From positions 90,024,001-90,088,000 of the forward strand of contig OX597815.1 in the NCBI GenBank assembly GCA_951406725.2: 64,000 nucleotides of DNA, read 5' to 3'. The notes beneath the pieces were generated by a model. It searched no databases. It was not told where the DNA came from and saw only the letters and a list, made by a program, of their open reading frames with translations. The translations under genes were made by a program, and so were the position numbers. The stretch's first letter is position 1. Each line of letters begins with the position of its first letter. This document shows positions 1 to 13,766 of the stretch, piece after piece. This DNA comes from Octopus vulgaris (taxonomy: Eukaryota).

Positions 1-771
1 TTGAGATAAACAGCAACACCAATCCTCGTATTGCGACCAAGATGATCGTAGATATTTCTCCGAAATACAATTGGAGCTTTGAAAATTGCTGTCTCAACGT
101 AGATATGTTAGCAGGCTCGATAGATAAACTGAATAAGGTTAATCTTGCCCAATGAATTTCTACCTGTATTTCGCTTCGGAAACGAGAAGAAAACTTTCCT
201 TTTTTCAAGACAATATTCACTGTCGGTACAAAAATGTATCGTCAATAACAATGTGGAGTGCAAACGGTAATAAGGCAGAAATAACCTCCAAAGCAGAACT
301 TCATTCGAAGAAGGTTATGCTTTTAACTTAGTTAGATTGGAAGGGTATTCTAATTTATGAGTTTCTTCGGACAGTTTATCACTTCGGATGTGTACTGTGA
401 TCACCAGGACAAATTAAACGCATTGATCCCCCAGAAGCGTCCATCTCTTAATAATCTTAAGATACCGGGGCTTGGTTTGGAGGTTTTTCCACAGAATTCT
501 TATTCGCCTGATATTACGCCTTCAGATTCTCACATTTTCCGGTCTTTTCCGAATTCATTGAATGGACGGATATTCAACTCTGAAGAGAATAGAAAAATTC
601 ACTTAAAAGTGTTTTCAGCAAGCAATAACAGGAAATTATTTGAGCAGGAACTAATTGATCTACCCACAAGAACAAATTGGTAATTATATCATTGATTGAA
701 TAAAATACTTTGTTTTTATAGCCTATCTTATTTTCGCTTACAAAACTGAACAATCCTTCTAACCAATCCTA
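1..771 (+). pseudogene. Decayed mariner transposase, 3' part; element starts before the window
   Basis: ORF 357..683 contains YSPDITPSDSHIFRSF, matching mariner YSPDLAPSDYHLF. Upstream frames show a disrupted KKVML..W.WKG motif. Confidence 0.8.
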
Positions 772-1718
772 CATGTGATGTGTGTGTGCGTGCGTGCGTG
801 TGTATGTGCGTGTGTGCGCGCGTGCGTGCGTGTTCTCACACGTGCACAAACTTACATTCCTACACGCAATTACAATAAGTTGTTACCAAACAGAAAATCT
901 TATATAAAGTCTAAATCTATTACCTTTTCTTACAAAAATGACATAATTTTTGCATTACGGCTTTCCCAAGATAGTATTCAAATAATTCCCGTGCAACATA
1001 AATCTCACTCTTATATTTTCATAAATGATAATTTTGACGTTACCTAATATCAATCATTACTATGGATGAGTGAATATTCTATGAGTTGAACAGTTCTATA
1101 TTTTCGAATATTATTCTATCGACATGAAAATATATTAATAAAAGTTATCCTGTTTTATATACTCTGCTGTCTCATCATAACTAGTGTAATATGTGATGCC
1201 ATTAGTTATAATAATGACGCGGTAATTTTTTCTATAAATCTTTGTAGCTCCATGTGCATATATTTGTTTTTAAATGCATGTATTTTTTTCATATTTTGTA
1301 GCGTTAACTCAATCTGTGTATGTGTTTATTCACATAATAATTGATCCTACCAAATATACTTTAACACATATATACCCACATTGAAAATATATATTTATAT
1401 ATAAATGCATGTTTTATGAATGCAGAAAACGCTACAATTTCCCATGTATTACATTCCAAAATAACATGTTTATATAACTACTTCTTCTGAATTAACATAG
1501 ATTTCCAAACATAAAGCGCATTGATTTCGACAAGAAACCTATAATAATTTCTTTTTAGATATTACTCATTCATGCTGATGTTTTTCGTAGGTCTAATAAT
1601 TAATTTAATGAATAAGAAAAAAACACCCAACAGAAACTGCTTAAATTATAGATATTTTATGATCAGATTAATGCAACATTGTATATAGTTTTGGATATGT
1701 AGATGGTAACGAGAGTAA

Positions 1719-1774
<56 letters not shown>

Positions 1775-4108
1775 TACTGAATTCTAACTAATTTGTTTAT
1801 CGTGCATTTGGTTGCCTTCTCACAATAGATTTACAGAGTTTAAACCTCATTGGAAATAAATGTTAACATATCGTTTTAGTTGCATACTTATAAGTTATTT
1901 CTATGTATTGTAATTGTATTATTAAAGCTGTATAGCAAGGTTGTTTGAATGTCGTGTTCTAGGAAGTTAGTGATGATTGTAATATTTTGGGCATAAATTT
2001 CGTTTATATTCATGTCGATTTATGACTAGATAGAAGACATGACGTTGCAAAAAACGTTTTATACTTACAAAAGGTTATGTATCTTATGCTGAATGGTTCG
2101 TTTAGACGAAAGTATAATAGAATGCAAGGTACCAATTATTGTGAAGGTGTCAGAGATCCATGGAGATATAATACGGATTGGTGTGTGGTCAATAATGATA
2201 AGATACAAAAGAAAAATAGAAAAACTGAATTACAAATGGAAAGAATGTAAAATAGATATTTGAAGAGGTCTATCGATGAGGAGGTAAATTGCCTGGCGAT
2301 GACCGTGGAAGTGGAAAATGTCAATGTTAAAGAGTTTGATAATCAGCACGATGGATTCTGTTGAAAATATGATTGTTTAACTGTGGGCATTATTGCATTT
2401 CCGTGAACAATGGCTTCCGGTTATATGACAATTAGGGATGAGGTAAACGTCAGCAGGAGAGCCATTAAGCATAACTAGTTTTACTGCCACGAAAATCGCA
2501 AATATGATTTCTTTCATAGGTTGATAATTTAATGAAAAGATTCCATTTCACCCAGAGTGCCAGGGCCAAATGATCAGGTCATAAAATTATTGATTTTTAC
2601 CCGGTTGCATCAAATACTTGTAGTTTTGAAGTCAGTGATATTCCTTTATATAACATGTAAATATTTCTTGATACTGTTCAATTCTAACTTTAAAAAATCC
2701 TTCATAAAATATTATTTAAAAATACTCTATGTGTTTGGGCATAACAAAATATTATGTGTTTTTACCAGCAGTTTATAGTAGTTCTGTTTGCGATACCAGT
2801 TCTTACTTCAGAGGCTTTATAAAAAGAAAAAAACCCAGCCTAATTGCAGCATTAACATTAGAACAAATATCACAATCTGGCGCCATCCTTGTCGTTAAGT
2901 GCCATACACGTCTCCAGTATTTGTCATCACCAAAATTTATTGCCACCGTCTGACTTTTGAAATATAAACAATCTTTTTTTTAACATCCTTCATTTAATTT
3001 GAACTGTGACCACCATAAGACCATTTCTGCGTGTGTGTTGCTATAAAATGAAAGACATTTGCCCTTTTTATGATAACAACGCGTTTCTTCTTTTAACACT
3101 TTCTAACTTACAAGTATTCAACAATAGATAAGATTCTGCACCAAAGGTCATACTGAAAACCAATTATTTACCTATTTACTCACCCATCTATTTATTTATT
3201 TATTTATTCATTCATTGACTCACTTATTTCACTCACTTTCCCCCACGAATTATTTACTCGTCTATTCATCTAATCGTTCTCTCAGTTAGTAAATTCGTTT
3301 CTCCTTTTATTGTAGTATTTATGTTTTTGCGTTCTTTAAAGGGTTTCATCCATTTTCATACTAGCTTCGTGGAAGTAACACTTCATTACTCTCACTCTCG
3401 CTCTCTGCCTTTCTTACTCATTCTCTCTCGCTCTCTCTATTTATCTCTTTCTCTAACACTCTCTCTCACTCTCCATCTCTCTCTCTCTCTCTCTCTCTGT
3501 TTACACACATGCACACACAAATATACCATATTATACATTATACTGTAGTACATAATATATCTATAGATTTTCAATCTATGGTGTACATGTTATATAGAGG
3601 TAAACGCTTTCCATTTAGATACAATATCTCCGAGAACAGAAGCGAGGCCACGGTAGAACACCTTTCCATCCTCGCACAAGGATTTTATCCATTACCAAGA
3701 ATCCCTTTAATCTGTTCAAACAGACAAACAGACACTGTTAATATGCTACTATTGCTAAAGTCTCAAGGAAATACTAAATATATTGATTTACTTTTATAAC
3801 ATATAGTTGAGGCATTACAGTATTAATAAATTACGGGTGCATTGACATTATTGTGTTTCAATGCTATACTACAATGTAGAATAAGCGAGTGCATAAACGT
3901 TCAAGTGTCTGTCTATGTACGCGTGTATGCAAGCATATGTGCTTATCATGTTACGATAGCTACGAGTAGCCGTTAGTCGAAACTCGAAAAATCGGTCACT
4001 ATTTGATATTATAAACATATTTTATCACTCTATTCCAGATATAGTGTTCTGTAACAGATAATGATTATTCCCTGTGAAAGTGGTATTTTTTCAAAATTCA
4101 ACATTATC

Positions 4109-4136
4109 TTATATATATATATATATACATACATAA

Positions 4137-4223
<87 letters not shown>

Positions 4224-4335
4224 CATATATATGTATATATATGCATATATACTTATATACATATATTTATAAAAATAAACAAATACACATACAAACGGCG
4301 GCGTACGTACATTTTGTTCTGTTACATGTAAGTAC

Positions 4336-4420
<85 letters not shown>
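4109..4420. repeat. (TA)n/(TG)n microsatellite tract
   Basis: Direct reading; representative of dozens of TA, TG, TC and GATA tracts in the window. Confidence 0.95.
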
Positions 4421-4421
<1 letters not shown>

Positions 4422-4805
4422 GCACAGGCTTAGTTGTGTGGTAAGACGCTTGCTTCTGAACTATAAGATTCCGGGTTCAGTCCTCCTGCGTAGTACCTTT
4501 GGTAAGTGTCTTCTATTATACCCTCAGGCTGACCAAAGCCTTGTGAGTGGAATTAATGGACGGGAATTGAGTTTGTGTGTCTGTGAGTGTGTGTGTCTGT
4601 GTCCGTGTGTCTCACCATCGCATTACAACCGACGTTGGCGTGTTTTCCACCCCAAAACTTACGGTTCGGCAAAAGAGACAGATAGAACAAGTACTAGGCT
4701 TACAAAGAATAAGTCACAGATTAAGTTTCTTCGACTGAAACTCTTTAAGGTGGTGCTTCAGCATGGTCGCAGTCAAATGACTGAAACATGTAAAAGGATA
4801 GAGGA
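4421..4805 (+). mobile_element. tRNA-derived SINE, family A, diverged copy
   Basis: A-box-like TAGTTGTGTGG and B-box-like GGTTCAGTCC. Body (GACCAAAGCCTTGTGAGTGGA, GGTTCGGCAAAAGAGAC) and tail (GGTGCTTCAGCATGGTCGCAGTCAAATGACTGAAACA) closely resemble the copies at 7777, 8882, 44283 and 53741. Confidence 0.85.
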
Positions 4806-4975
4806 ATACATATATGTGTATGTATATACCTTCATATTTGCTTCTTCCTTTTTGTTATCTAGTTAATTAAAATCATACCAGCGAAAACCACGAGTTTCCC
4901 AATATTATTATATACATTTCTTTCCTACGCACACACACGCACACACACACACACACACATGTATATATATGTATG

Positions 4976-5030
<55 letters not shown>

Positions 5031-5269
5031 ATATATATATATATATATATCTACTAAATGGGACAAAACGCAAAACATCCAGACAGTTAAGTGATAAAAG
5101 AAAAGGACAACAAAACATCCAGATAGATACATAGATACATAGACACACACACACACATACACACATACGTATACATTTACACACAAACCTATATATATAT
5201 ATGGACAGATAAAGATATAAATGCACACATACATGCACACAAACACACGCAAACCCACACTTTTATATG

Positions 5270-5493
5270 TAATGGATGGCAATAGTGGAGTTATATCTGT
5301 AGTGGATGAGGAGTTCGGAATTGAAAAGGACGTAAAGCAATAAGATATTGTTTCTCCAAAGATCTTTACCGAATATCTAGAAATCAGAGACGTTTCCTTT
5401 ACAAGAGGCATCGAAGTCACGGGCGAGCTACTAACACGTCTCCGATTTACAGAAAATGTCATACTCATTGCAGATCAACTGCAAACCCTGCTG
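5270..5493 (+). pseudogene. RTE-clade LINE reverse-transcriptase fragment
   Basis: Manual translation FGIEKDVKQ*DIVSPKIFTEYLE...GIEVTGELLTRLRFTENVILIA matches RTE motifs GVRQGD.ISP.LF and L.HLRFADDIVL, with the catalytic residues decayed. Confidence 0.7.
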
Positions 5494-6227
5494 AGAGAGA
5501 GAGAGAGAGGGGGGCAGGGAGAGAGAAAGACAGACAGACAGACTGAAAGAGAGGCAGACAGACAGACAGAATGAGAGAGATAAATAGAGAAAGACAGAGA
5601 GTGTGATGGACATCCAGAAGTGACTTCAAAATATACTGCATACAAAGGCATGTGATCCAAAGACCTCATGGCTCATCAACTCGGCTCTATGGAAGGTGTA
5701 ACCGTAGACAACGAAAGCTGTACAAAGAGACATGTGATAAACTTCCGCTCATTCATAAAGTGTTAAAGTGAATATGTCCTATCGTTCTGAAGGTGTTCCT
5801 AAACATTTTTGATCGTTCGGTTCTTCTCTATCGAGATGTTTCAATAGTATGGCCACTATGACATTCCTAAACAACTTGTACAGTTCAGATCCTTACGCCT
5901 CTTATAAACTGGCATTGATGTAGCAAAATTTGAAATACTGTCCAGGTAAATCTAGCTGAAGAAGACTATTCAAATGCACGATAACAAACGTATTTTAAGA
6001 GTCTGAAATCTAGGTACGAGATTATTCGATTCTGGGTTGACCATATATCTAATGTTCTTCCTAGAGGTAAGACGAATTTTTTTTTATGTTCGCTGCCCTC
6101 ACACGCCTTTGCCAGTATATATATACAGTGAAGATTTACGATAGCGTCGTAAATTTATCGACTGCTATTTCCAGCAAACATTGTTGCCTTGTTGTACAAC
6201 TACTCTCTCTCTCTCTCTCTCTCGCTC

Positions 6228-6300
<73 letters not shown>

Positions 6301-6386
6301 TATTAGGGAGTATAACTCCAAACTTACAAGGAAAAATTTAATTTAGCATTAAATCAAATTTCACAATATAAATATATAATATATAT

Positions 6387-6602
6387 AAATAGAGAAAAAA
6401 CACTATTATGCTATTCAAACAATGATGGACTTAAACCAAGTCATAAAGAAAAAATAAAATATATTATAATTCATATAACTAGATCACAAAAAGTACAAAA
6501 ATAAACAATATATAATAAGTAATAATATTTAATTTTTTCTTTATGATTTGGTTTATGTCTATCATTGTTTGAAATGCATAATAGTGGTTTTCCTCTAGTT
6601 TA
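6387..6602. repeat. Imperfect inverted repeat (~80-bp arms) between (TA)n tracts
   Basis: 6387..6470 (CACTATTATGCTATTCAAACAATGATGGACTTAAACCAAGTCATAAAGAAAAAA) is approximately the reverse complement of 6520..6602. Confidence 0.8.
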
Positions 6603-7446
6603 TATATATATATATATATATATGAATCCTTACAAAGTGTTGTATGTTTTCATCTTTTCTAATCGATTCTAACATAGAACGAGAAGTTTCACATCGATTC
6701 TCCTTCTTTCAATATATTTTCTCTCATCACCAGGGGTAATTTTTTTTTATTATTTCAGAGACAAGAACACGTAGCATTTCTTCTAACGTGTAATAATGGA
6801 GACTGAATGTCCCTGATGATCTTAAAAAGATCAACGTAAAAGGCTTCACAATTCTCCACTTTTCCTTTATCGACCATCAAGACCGTTACCTCTGATTTAT
6901 ATATGTGATTCAAGCATCCATATATAATTTTCTGTCCTTTCAATTTTTATTCTGCAGGAAATTCTTTTATCTTCAGTTGGCGAAATCTCCTATCAGGTAT
7001 AGGCGTATTAGCTTTAACAGAACATAATAATCAAGACGATCATCCTTTTCCATTTCAGAGTTTTCCCTTTCTCTAAAATTTTCCTTATTTCTTCTGAGAT
7101 ACTTCCGTTCAGTCCTTGCATGTTTACAGTTCACACTTACCACAAGAGGTTTTTATTTTCTAGATTAGTTAATCATGATTTTCGTTGATATTCGTTCCTG
7201 GTAACATCATATAGCTGCATAAGAAGGAATAATTTGAGGTTTGGGGTCATCAGAGAGTTGTGAAGTGGCCATATTTCTCTCATCTTTTCAGTGACAATCT
7301 TCGAGGTTAGCACGTGATGGTCTGCAACTGAGAAGAGCATGATGTAGTCAATCCCATTTCCGGTACACAGACACAGACACACACACACATATTTTGCGTG
7401 TCTGTGTGTATGTGTGCGCGCGTGTATACGTACATACATACACACG

Positions 7447-7501
<55 letters not shown>

Positions 7502-7677
7502 AGAGAGAGAGAGGCTCACTGCGTTAGGGGTTAAAATAACCGCCTAAGGAATAAAAGCATCCATTATGCTACCGGTAAATTACCTATGTTTAACCATGTT
7601 CATACATGTGCATGCATATTATGCTCATAAGTTATATGTAAAGACAAAGATATACATGAGTTTATCAAGAATAAAAA

Positions 7678-7771
7678 TTTAAAGAAAATAGAACATGGAG
7701 AATTATTGATGATCAACAATGTAAGCCAATAGTTATTCATCAATATTTCTCTATTTTCTATTTTCATTAAA
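7678..7771. repeat. Short imperfect inverted repeat (~35-bp arms)
   Basis: TTTAAAGAAAATAGAACATGGAGAATTATTGATGA pairs with TCATCAATATTTCTCTATTTTCTATTTTCATTAAA. Confidence 0.7.
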
Positions 7772-7776
7772 TATAT

Positions 7777-7936
7777 GGCGTAGGCGTGCCTGTGTGGTAA
7801 GTAGCTTGGTTACGAACCACATGGTTCTGGGTTCAGTCCCACTTCATGGCATCTTGAGGAAGTGTCTTCTACTATAGCCTCGGGCCGACCAAAGCCTTGC
7901 GAGTGGATTTGGTAGACGGAAGCTGAAAGAAGCCCG

Positions 7937-8009
<73 letters not shown>

Positions 8010-8240
8010 TGTACACGTTTGTGTGTCTGTGTTTGTCCCCTCACCCAACATCGCTTGACAACCGATGGTGGTGTGTTTACATCCCCGTAACTTGCTGGTT
8101 CGGCAAAAGAGACCGATAAAATAAGTACTAGGCTTACAAAGAATAGGTTCTGGGGTCGATTTACTCGACTAATGGCGGTGCTCCAGCATGGCTACAATCA
8201 AATGAGTGAAACAAGTAAAACAGTAAAAGAGTAAAGAGTA
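7777..8240 (+). mobile_element. tRNA-derived SINE, family A, full length with internal (TA)n(TG)n
   Basis: Head GGCGTAGGCGTGCCTGTGTGGTAAG...GGTTCAGTCCC, internal microsatellite, body and (GAGTAAA)n-type tail; colinear with the reverse complement of 44283..44751. Confidence 0.9.
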
Positions 8241-8338
8241 TAAATATATATATATATATATATGTAGGTAGATAGATAGATAGATAGACAGGCAGACAGA
8301 CAGACAGATACATATATATATATAGCTAGCTAGCTAGC

Positions 8339-8404
<66 letters not shown>

Positions 8405-8527
8405 TATCTTAGAAAGGGATGCGTGGCGTTTGATCATATAATAATATAAATAATATATATATATGCATATATACATAACTACATGTACATACCTACATAT
8501 ATGTGTATATACACATGCATACATGCG

Positions 8528-8815
8528 CACAGGGTGTCAAAAACGCGATCAACATGAAAAACGAGAAGAAACATGGAAAACGAACTTTTTTTCTAACAAC
8601 GAAAGAACGACTGCTTTGGCGAAGTCGCAGCTTGTCCTAATGTTCAAAATGCGGATTAGATAAAACAGGGGACAACTGATGAAAGGATTGTTCTTTATGT
8701 TGCCTGTCTCATTTCTGTATTTGTTTCTTTCGTAGTTGGAAAAAAAGCTCGTTTTTCATGTTTTTGTTTTGCATGTTAACGTTTTTCATGTTCTTCATGG
8801 TTTTTGACATCATGT
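8528..8815. repeat. Imperfect inverted-repeat element with a central CTGATGA; possibly a PLE-terminus derivative
   Basis: Left arm TGTCAAAAAC...AACATGAAAAACG...TTTTTTCTAACAACGAAAGAA mirrors right arm TTCTTTCGTAGTTGGAAAAAAAGCTCGTTTTTCATG...GTTTTTGACA. Confidence 0.65.
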
Positions 8816-8881
8816 ACCCATATATGCATGTGTATATACATATATATGTAGGTATGTACTTGCATGTATGTATATATACAT

Positions 8882-9151
8882 ATTCTTTTATTCTTTTACT
8901 TGTTTCAGTCATTTGACTGCGGCGATGCTGGAGCACCACCTTTAGTCGAGCAAAACTACCCCAGGACTTATTATTTGTAAGCCTAGTACTTATTCTATCT
9001 GTCTCATTTGACGAAACGCTAGTTACGAGGACGTAAACACACAAGCATCGGTTGACAAGCGATTTTGGGGCGACAAACACAGGCACACAAATACACACAC
9101 ACACAAACACACACACACACACATATATATATACATATATACGACGGGCTT
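8882..9151 (-). mobile_element. SINE family A, 3' half; head lost at the internal microsatellite
   Basis: Reverse complement of the body and tail of 7777..8240; homology stops at ACGACGGGCTT. Confidence 0.85.
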
Positions 9152-9540
9152 ATATGTATAATATGCAGGAATATAAATACGCATGTATGTATATGTATAT
9201 TTATATATTCATGTATATATATACAAACATGTATATGTATATATAGTATATATATACATATATATATACGTATATATATATCTATATGTATATCTACATA
9301 TATATATATACATGCATACATATATATACACATATATATATATATATACGCATGTATATATATATACATATATACATCTATATATAAATATATGTAAATA
9401 TATATGCATGTGTATATATATATATATATATTTATGTATATATACACAGACTCACACACACACACACACACATATATATTTAGATATATACATTTATTTA
9501 TTTATATACATATATATATGTATATATATATATATACATG
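9152..9540. repeat. Degenerate TA/CA low-complexity tract
   Basis: Direct reading. Confidence 0.9.
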
Positions 9541-10242
9541 AGATATGCATTGTTGAAGTTTTGTAGTACACTTATTCCAAGAAAATATAGTAAATAATAT
9601 TGTAAGATGGTTAAATTTTGGAAATCGTCTTTATTTAGTATCTAGTAGTTATGTTGTTATTTGCATTGAAATCGGAGATGTTTGAAATTTCACAGGAGGT
9701 GTCTGTCCCACTTTAAGCTCCTTAATCTTAATGGAAAGTAAATTTTATGTAGCTCATCGTCTTTCTCATGAAATTTTACATGATAATAAGTACTTTATCT
9801 TTATGTACCTTCCATTCCCTTTCGCCCTATACATGTACAGATGCACAGACGTTGAGCTTTATTATATAGCTATCTATATACCGGTTTGCTTCGCTTTACA
9901 TTCATTTTGTACTGCTACATACAAAAATATATTCCGTTATATAATGTATTTCGTTATATATCTGTACGTTAGATATATGGAAACGATACACATTTTGCGT
10001 TGATATGTTTCTGTTTTTCGTCTTCTACTCTTGCTGTTGTATATCTTGCTAACGGGATTCCCACATGCATGGTATATGTATATTTGTATACGCACTATAG
10101 CACTGTATGAACAAAGGATATCAAATCAATGTAAAACATGCTATCTTATAGATAGCACGTTCGCACAAGTACACATACAGACACACACACACACATATAT
10201 ATATACATATATATGTATATGTATATATATATAAATAAATAA

Positions 10243-10324
<82 letters not shown>

Positions 10325-10528
10325 TTGCATACACACACACGCACGATATGCAAATGTGCTGCCTGATCATATATCAAGATTGGGTCAATGATTGTGATAC
10401 TTATAAAAGTTTACACTTAAATCACAACGAACTTTTAGTACTGGAATGCAAAGGATTTTATTGAGGATAGCGCAGTCTGTTTCTTTCTCTCTATATGTCT
10501 TTCTAGATTTTGTAGTGTCTTACCCCAC

Positions 10529-10589
<61 letters not shown>

Positions 10590-11833
10590 TCATTTAATTT
10601 TCATTTCTCTCTTTTTATCTTTTTATTACTCTCGGTAAGTGTGATCTCATATTCAAACATCCTCAGAATGCGAGAAACAACCACCAGAGTGATGCATAAC
10701 TCATAGAATTGATTCAAACTGACCTTGATATAACGATTTGCTGATATCATTGTTACCAATCTGTTAACTTAGTATCAGTTGAACTATGAATTTAAATTAG
10801 ATTCATTTCAACATCTAAGGATACCCCCAACACATCCACTATTAGAATAAAGCTTCGTCTCTTTGATAATATATCCTTTTGAAGTGAAATTGGGTTTGGA
10901 AACCTAGTGAGCTTTGAGAGAGCAAAGCATATGCGTAATTACATTTGTTGAACACATAAATCCAGGCATCCGATTAGTTAATGATTTAGTTCTACATAAA
11001 CAACATTAACAGCTTCCTCGGCAATATTGACATTATCGAACTACATCATATATACTGATCGACCGATGTTTATCTAACAGCTCCATGCAAAACACTAGAG
11101 ATAATATTCATCTGTATGAAGATGGACCAAAACACTGGTAATAGCCACAATAGCAGTTGTGATGGTGCCTATTATAATGGTGGCTGCAGTACTTCTGCTG
11201 CTGCTACTTCTATGATGACAGTGATGATGATGCTACTGTTGATCAAGGCTATTATGTAATTGTTAATTATCTTATTAATTGGTAGCAGTGGTGCTGACGA
11301 TCATGGTAAACTTTTCATAAATTTTTCATGCTCTCTAACCATCATTTTCCTCTTCAACCATTTACACATCCTCACTAACATCACCATCAGACTTTATTAT
11401 TATCATGATTGTTATTATAATTATTATTATGGTCAGGATAAGGTTCAGGATTCTAATGGTAACTATGAAAGTATACAGAGATATAACCCCATACAGATAC
11501 AGGTATATAATAAAGAACAGAATTTATACAGTAGCATACATATTGGCTTGACGTTACTAGCATTTACAAGTCGAATTATAACATACGTTGTAGAAGAATT
11601 ACTGGAACTCTCTCAAAATAAAGTACTTATAGTTTTCTACTTTTATATTAATGAAATTTCCAGCTTTATCGGCGCGTACCAGTACTTCGGTAGATTGCTT
11701 TAGTGTGTCTTTTGCACATATACGTTTGCAAGAACTTGCAACTGTGTGTGTTTGTTTCTACAGTAGCATTTGTGAATATATACACTTCACAAACAATGTC
11801 TGTTTCTACTAACTGTACATCTTCTCCTATGAC

Positions 11834-11952
11834 TGGCAAGCTGGCAGAATCGTTAGCACGCCAGACAAAATATTTGGTAGCATTTCACACTTTCGAAGAG
11901 TGCTGATGTTGATGTAATCTGAAATTGCTGATCTTGTACCAAAATTTGCAAC
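11834..11952 (+). mobile_element. SINE family B fragment, internally deleted
   Basis: Head GGCAAGCTGGCAGAATCGTTAGCACGCCAGACAAAAT resembles the reverse complement of ~48785..48826; tail AAATTGCTGATCTTGTACCAAAATTTG. Confidence 0.6.
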
Positions 11953-13469
11953 TAATATTATTATTATCATTATCATCATTATTGATTTTGATTTGTTTTT
12001 CCATATTGTTACCTTTGTATGCTTTTAAAAAAAAATTATGAACTTATTTATTCAGTTATTTTTGTTTTACTAATTTTCGGTTTATATCTTTACTTTGTAT
12101 TCCTATTTTTATTGATATGATATTTGCTTGTAGCATGAAATCTTACCACCAAGAATGTAATCTAGATTATAAATTACTTGCCATATAACTTTGTCAGAAC
12201 TCTTATTACTTGAAGATACAAGCCAGTCTTATTTCTATGGAGTAAACTGTTATTGTTGTGAAGACACTAGCTGAATGCCTGTACTTTTAATTTAGCTTGC
12301 TGCTACAGCTAGGGTGATTAGTGCATCATCCTCCTCGTATTTAACGGGATCGAATAGTTTAAAGACTAATCAATCCTGTCCATGATTCATGACGAGTGAG
12401 CAGGGAAAAGTGCGTATTACATAACTAAAAAGTATGTAATATCACTTCAAATTATGAAATATACCATCTGCAAATAAATTACCATGCTATGGAAACTTAT
12501 GTAGCATTCTATAAACCGGGGGCTGTCTATTCATTTACCTTTATTACATTTCTTCACTACGTGTTGTTTACAGAAATTGGATTTGTAGTGTACCTAATAT
12601 CTTTTAACCAATTAGGATTGCACTAATTGACCTATTGTCTCAATGATACACTCAGAATATTCGTCAGTATTCCTCCGGAGCACTCAGTCAGAAGAATGCA
12701 TACTGGAGCACCAATGAGTCGATTACCAAGTTCATTGAGATCACCACCAATTGATTATTGCTTCCTGTTCTCTGAAGCTACTGGATTTGCTGCATATATA
12801 AACAGATAACCTGTTTTTTTCTCTGGAATTCATGTAGACACTTATGATGAGGACCCACTAATGCCTGAAAAGTGATTCGAGATATTCATTTTTTCAATCT
12901 ACGGGCGTGATTAAATTTGCCATGTTTTTATGTCTATAACGTAGGTTTATATACATACATACATGTATTAGATAGATAGATGGGTAGATAGATAGAAATA
13001 TACATGGATACATTCATGCATACATGCATACATAGTGCATACATACATACATACATACTACATACATACATATATACATACATACAGACATACATACATA
13101 TATACATGCATACATAGGCAGTTAGGCAGACAAACTGTCAGGCAAAAATATAGACATAACTCTGTACGCTGATTTCTAGCAACAATTTTTGAGGCATGAA
13201 AAATGTAACATTAATATATGATATATATATATATAACTAAGGTAGGATAAAAATTTTTTTGGGAAAAAAATTTCATTAATGGCCAGCATATCAAAAAATA
13301 TCTTTAAAGGTTAAATTTATAAATAATTCACAATATAAGGGCAAAAGACAAATTCTAATGCCAAATATGCCGAAAAAAAAGACAAAAAATGTCAATTAAC
13401 CATTATAATTTATACGTCTCGAAACAAACCGATAGAAATTTCAAAAAAAATCGTTATTGTCGTATTGAA

Positions 13470-13525
<56 letters not shown>

Positions 13526-13575
13526 GTGTGTGTGTGTATGTATGTATGTGTGTGTGTATACATATATATAATTTA

Positions 13576-13766
13576 TAATAAGGAGAACAGAGATTTACAT
13601 ATCTAGTTTTATCCGGCAGTCAATTACATTGCTCCTTCTCTGTACTGACATATGTTTCTGGTGTATTATTGTGCACACTGCAGCAGAAACATATGTAGGT
13701 ACAGAAATGGAAAGACGTGATTGACTGCAGAATAAAACTGGATAAATATCTCTGTTCTCCTTAGTA
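13576..13766. repeat. Inverted repeat (~85-bp arms); each arm begins with an HHR 3' half
   Basis: 13576..13660 is approximately the reverse complement of 13684..13766. Read outward, the arms begin CAGAAACATATGTC (minus) and CAGAAACATATGTA (plus). Follows a TA tract. Confidence 0.8.

Noticed and set aside
5780-6070. Possible RTE LINE 3' remnant; similar hint at ~26950..27200
   Set aside because: Motif traces are too degraded to support a call.
4061-10377. Many ORFs with [12 protein letters not shown] or LSLS runs
   Set aside because: Translations of dinucleotide microsatellites, which lack stop codons; no coding evidence.
11260-11703. 147-aa ORF
   Set aside because: Starts at TTG, low-complexity AT-rich composition, no recognisable domain or splice context.
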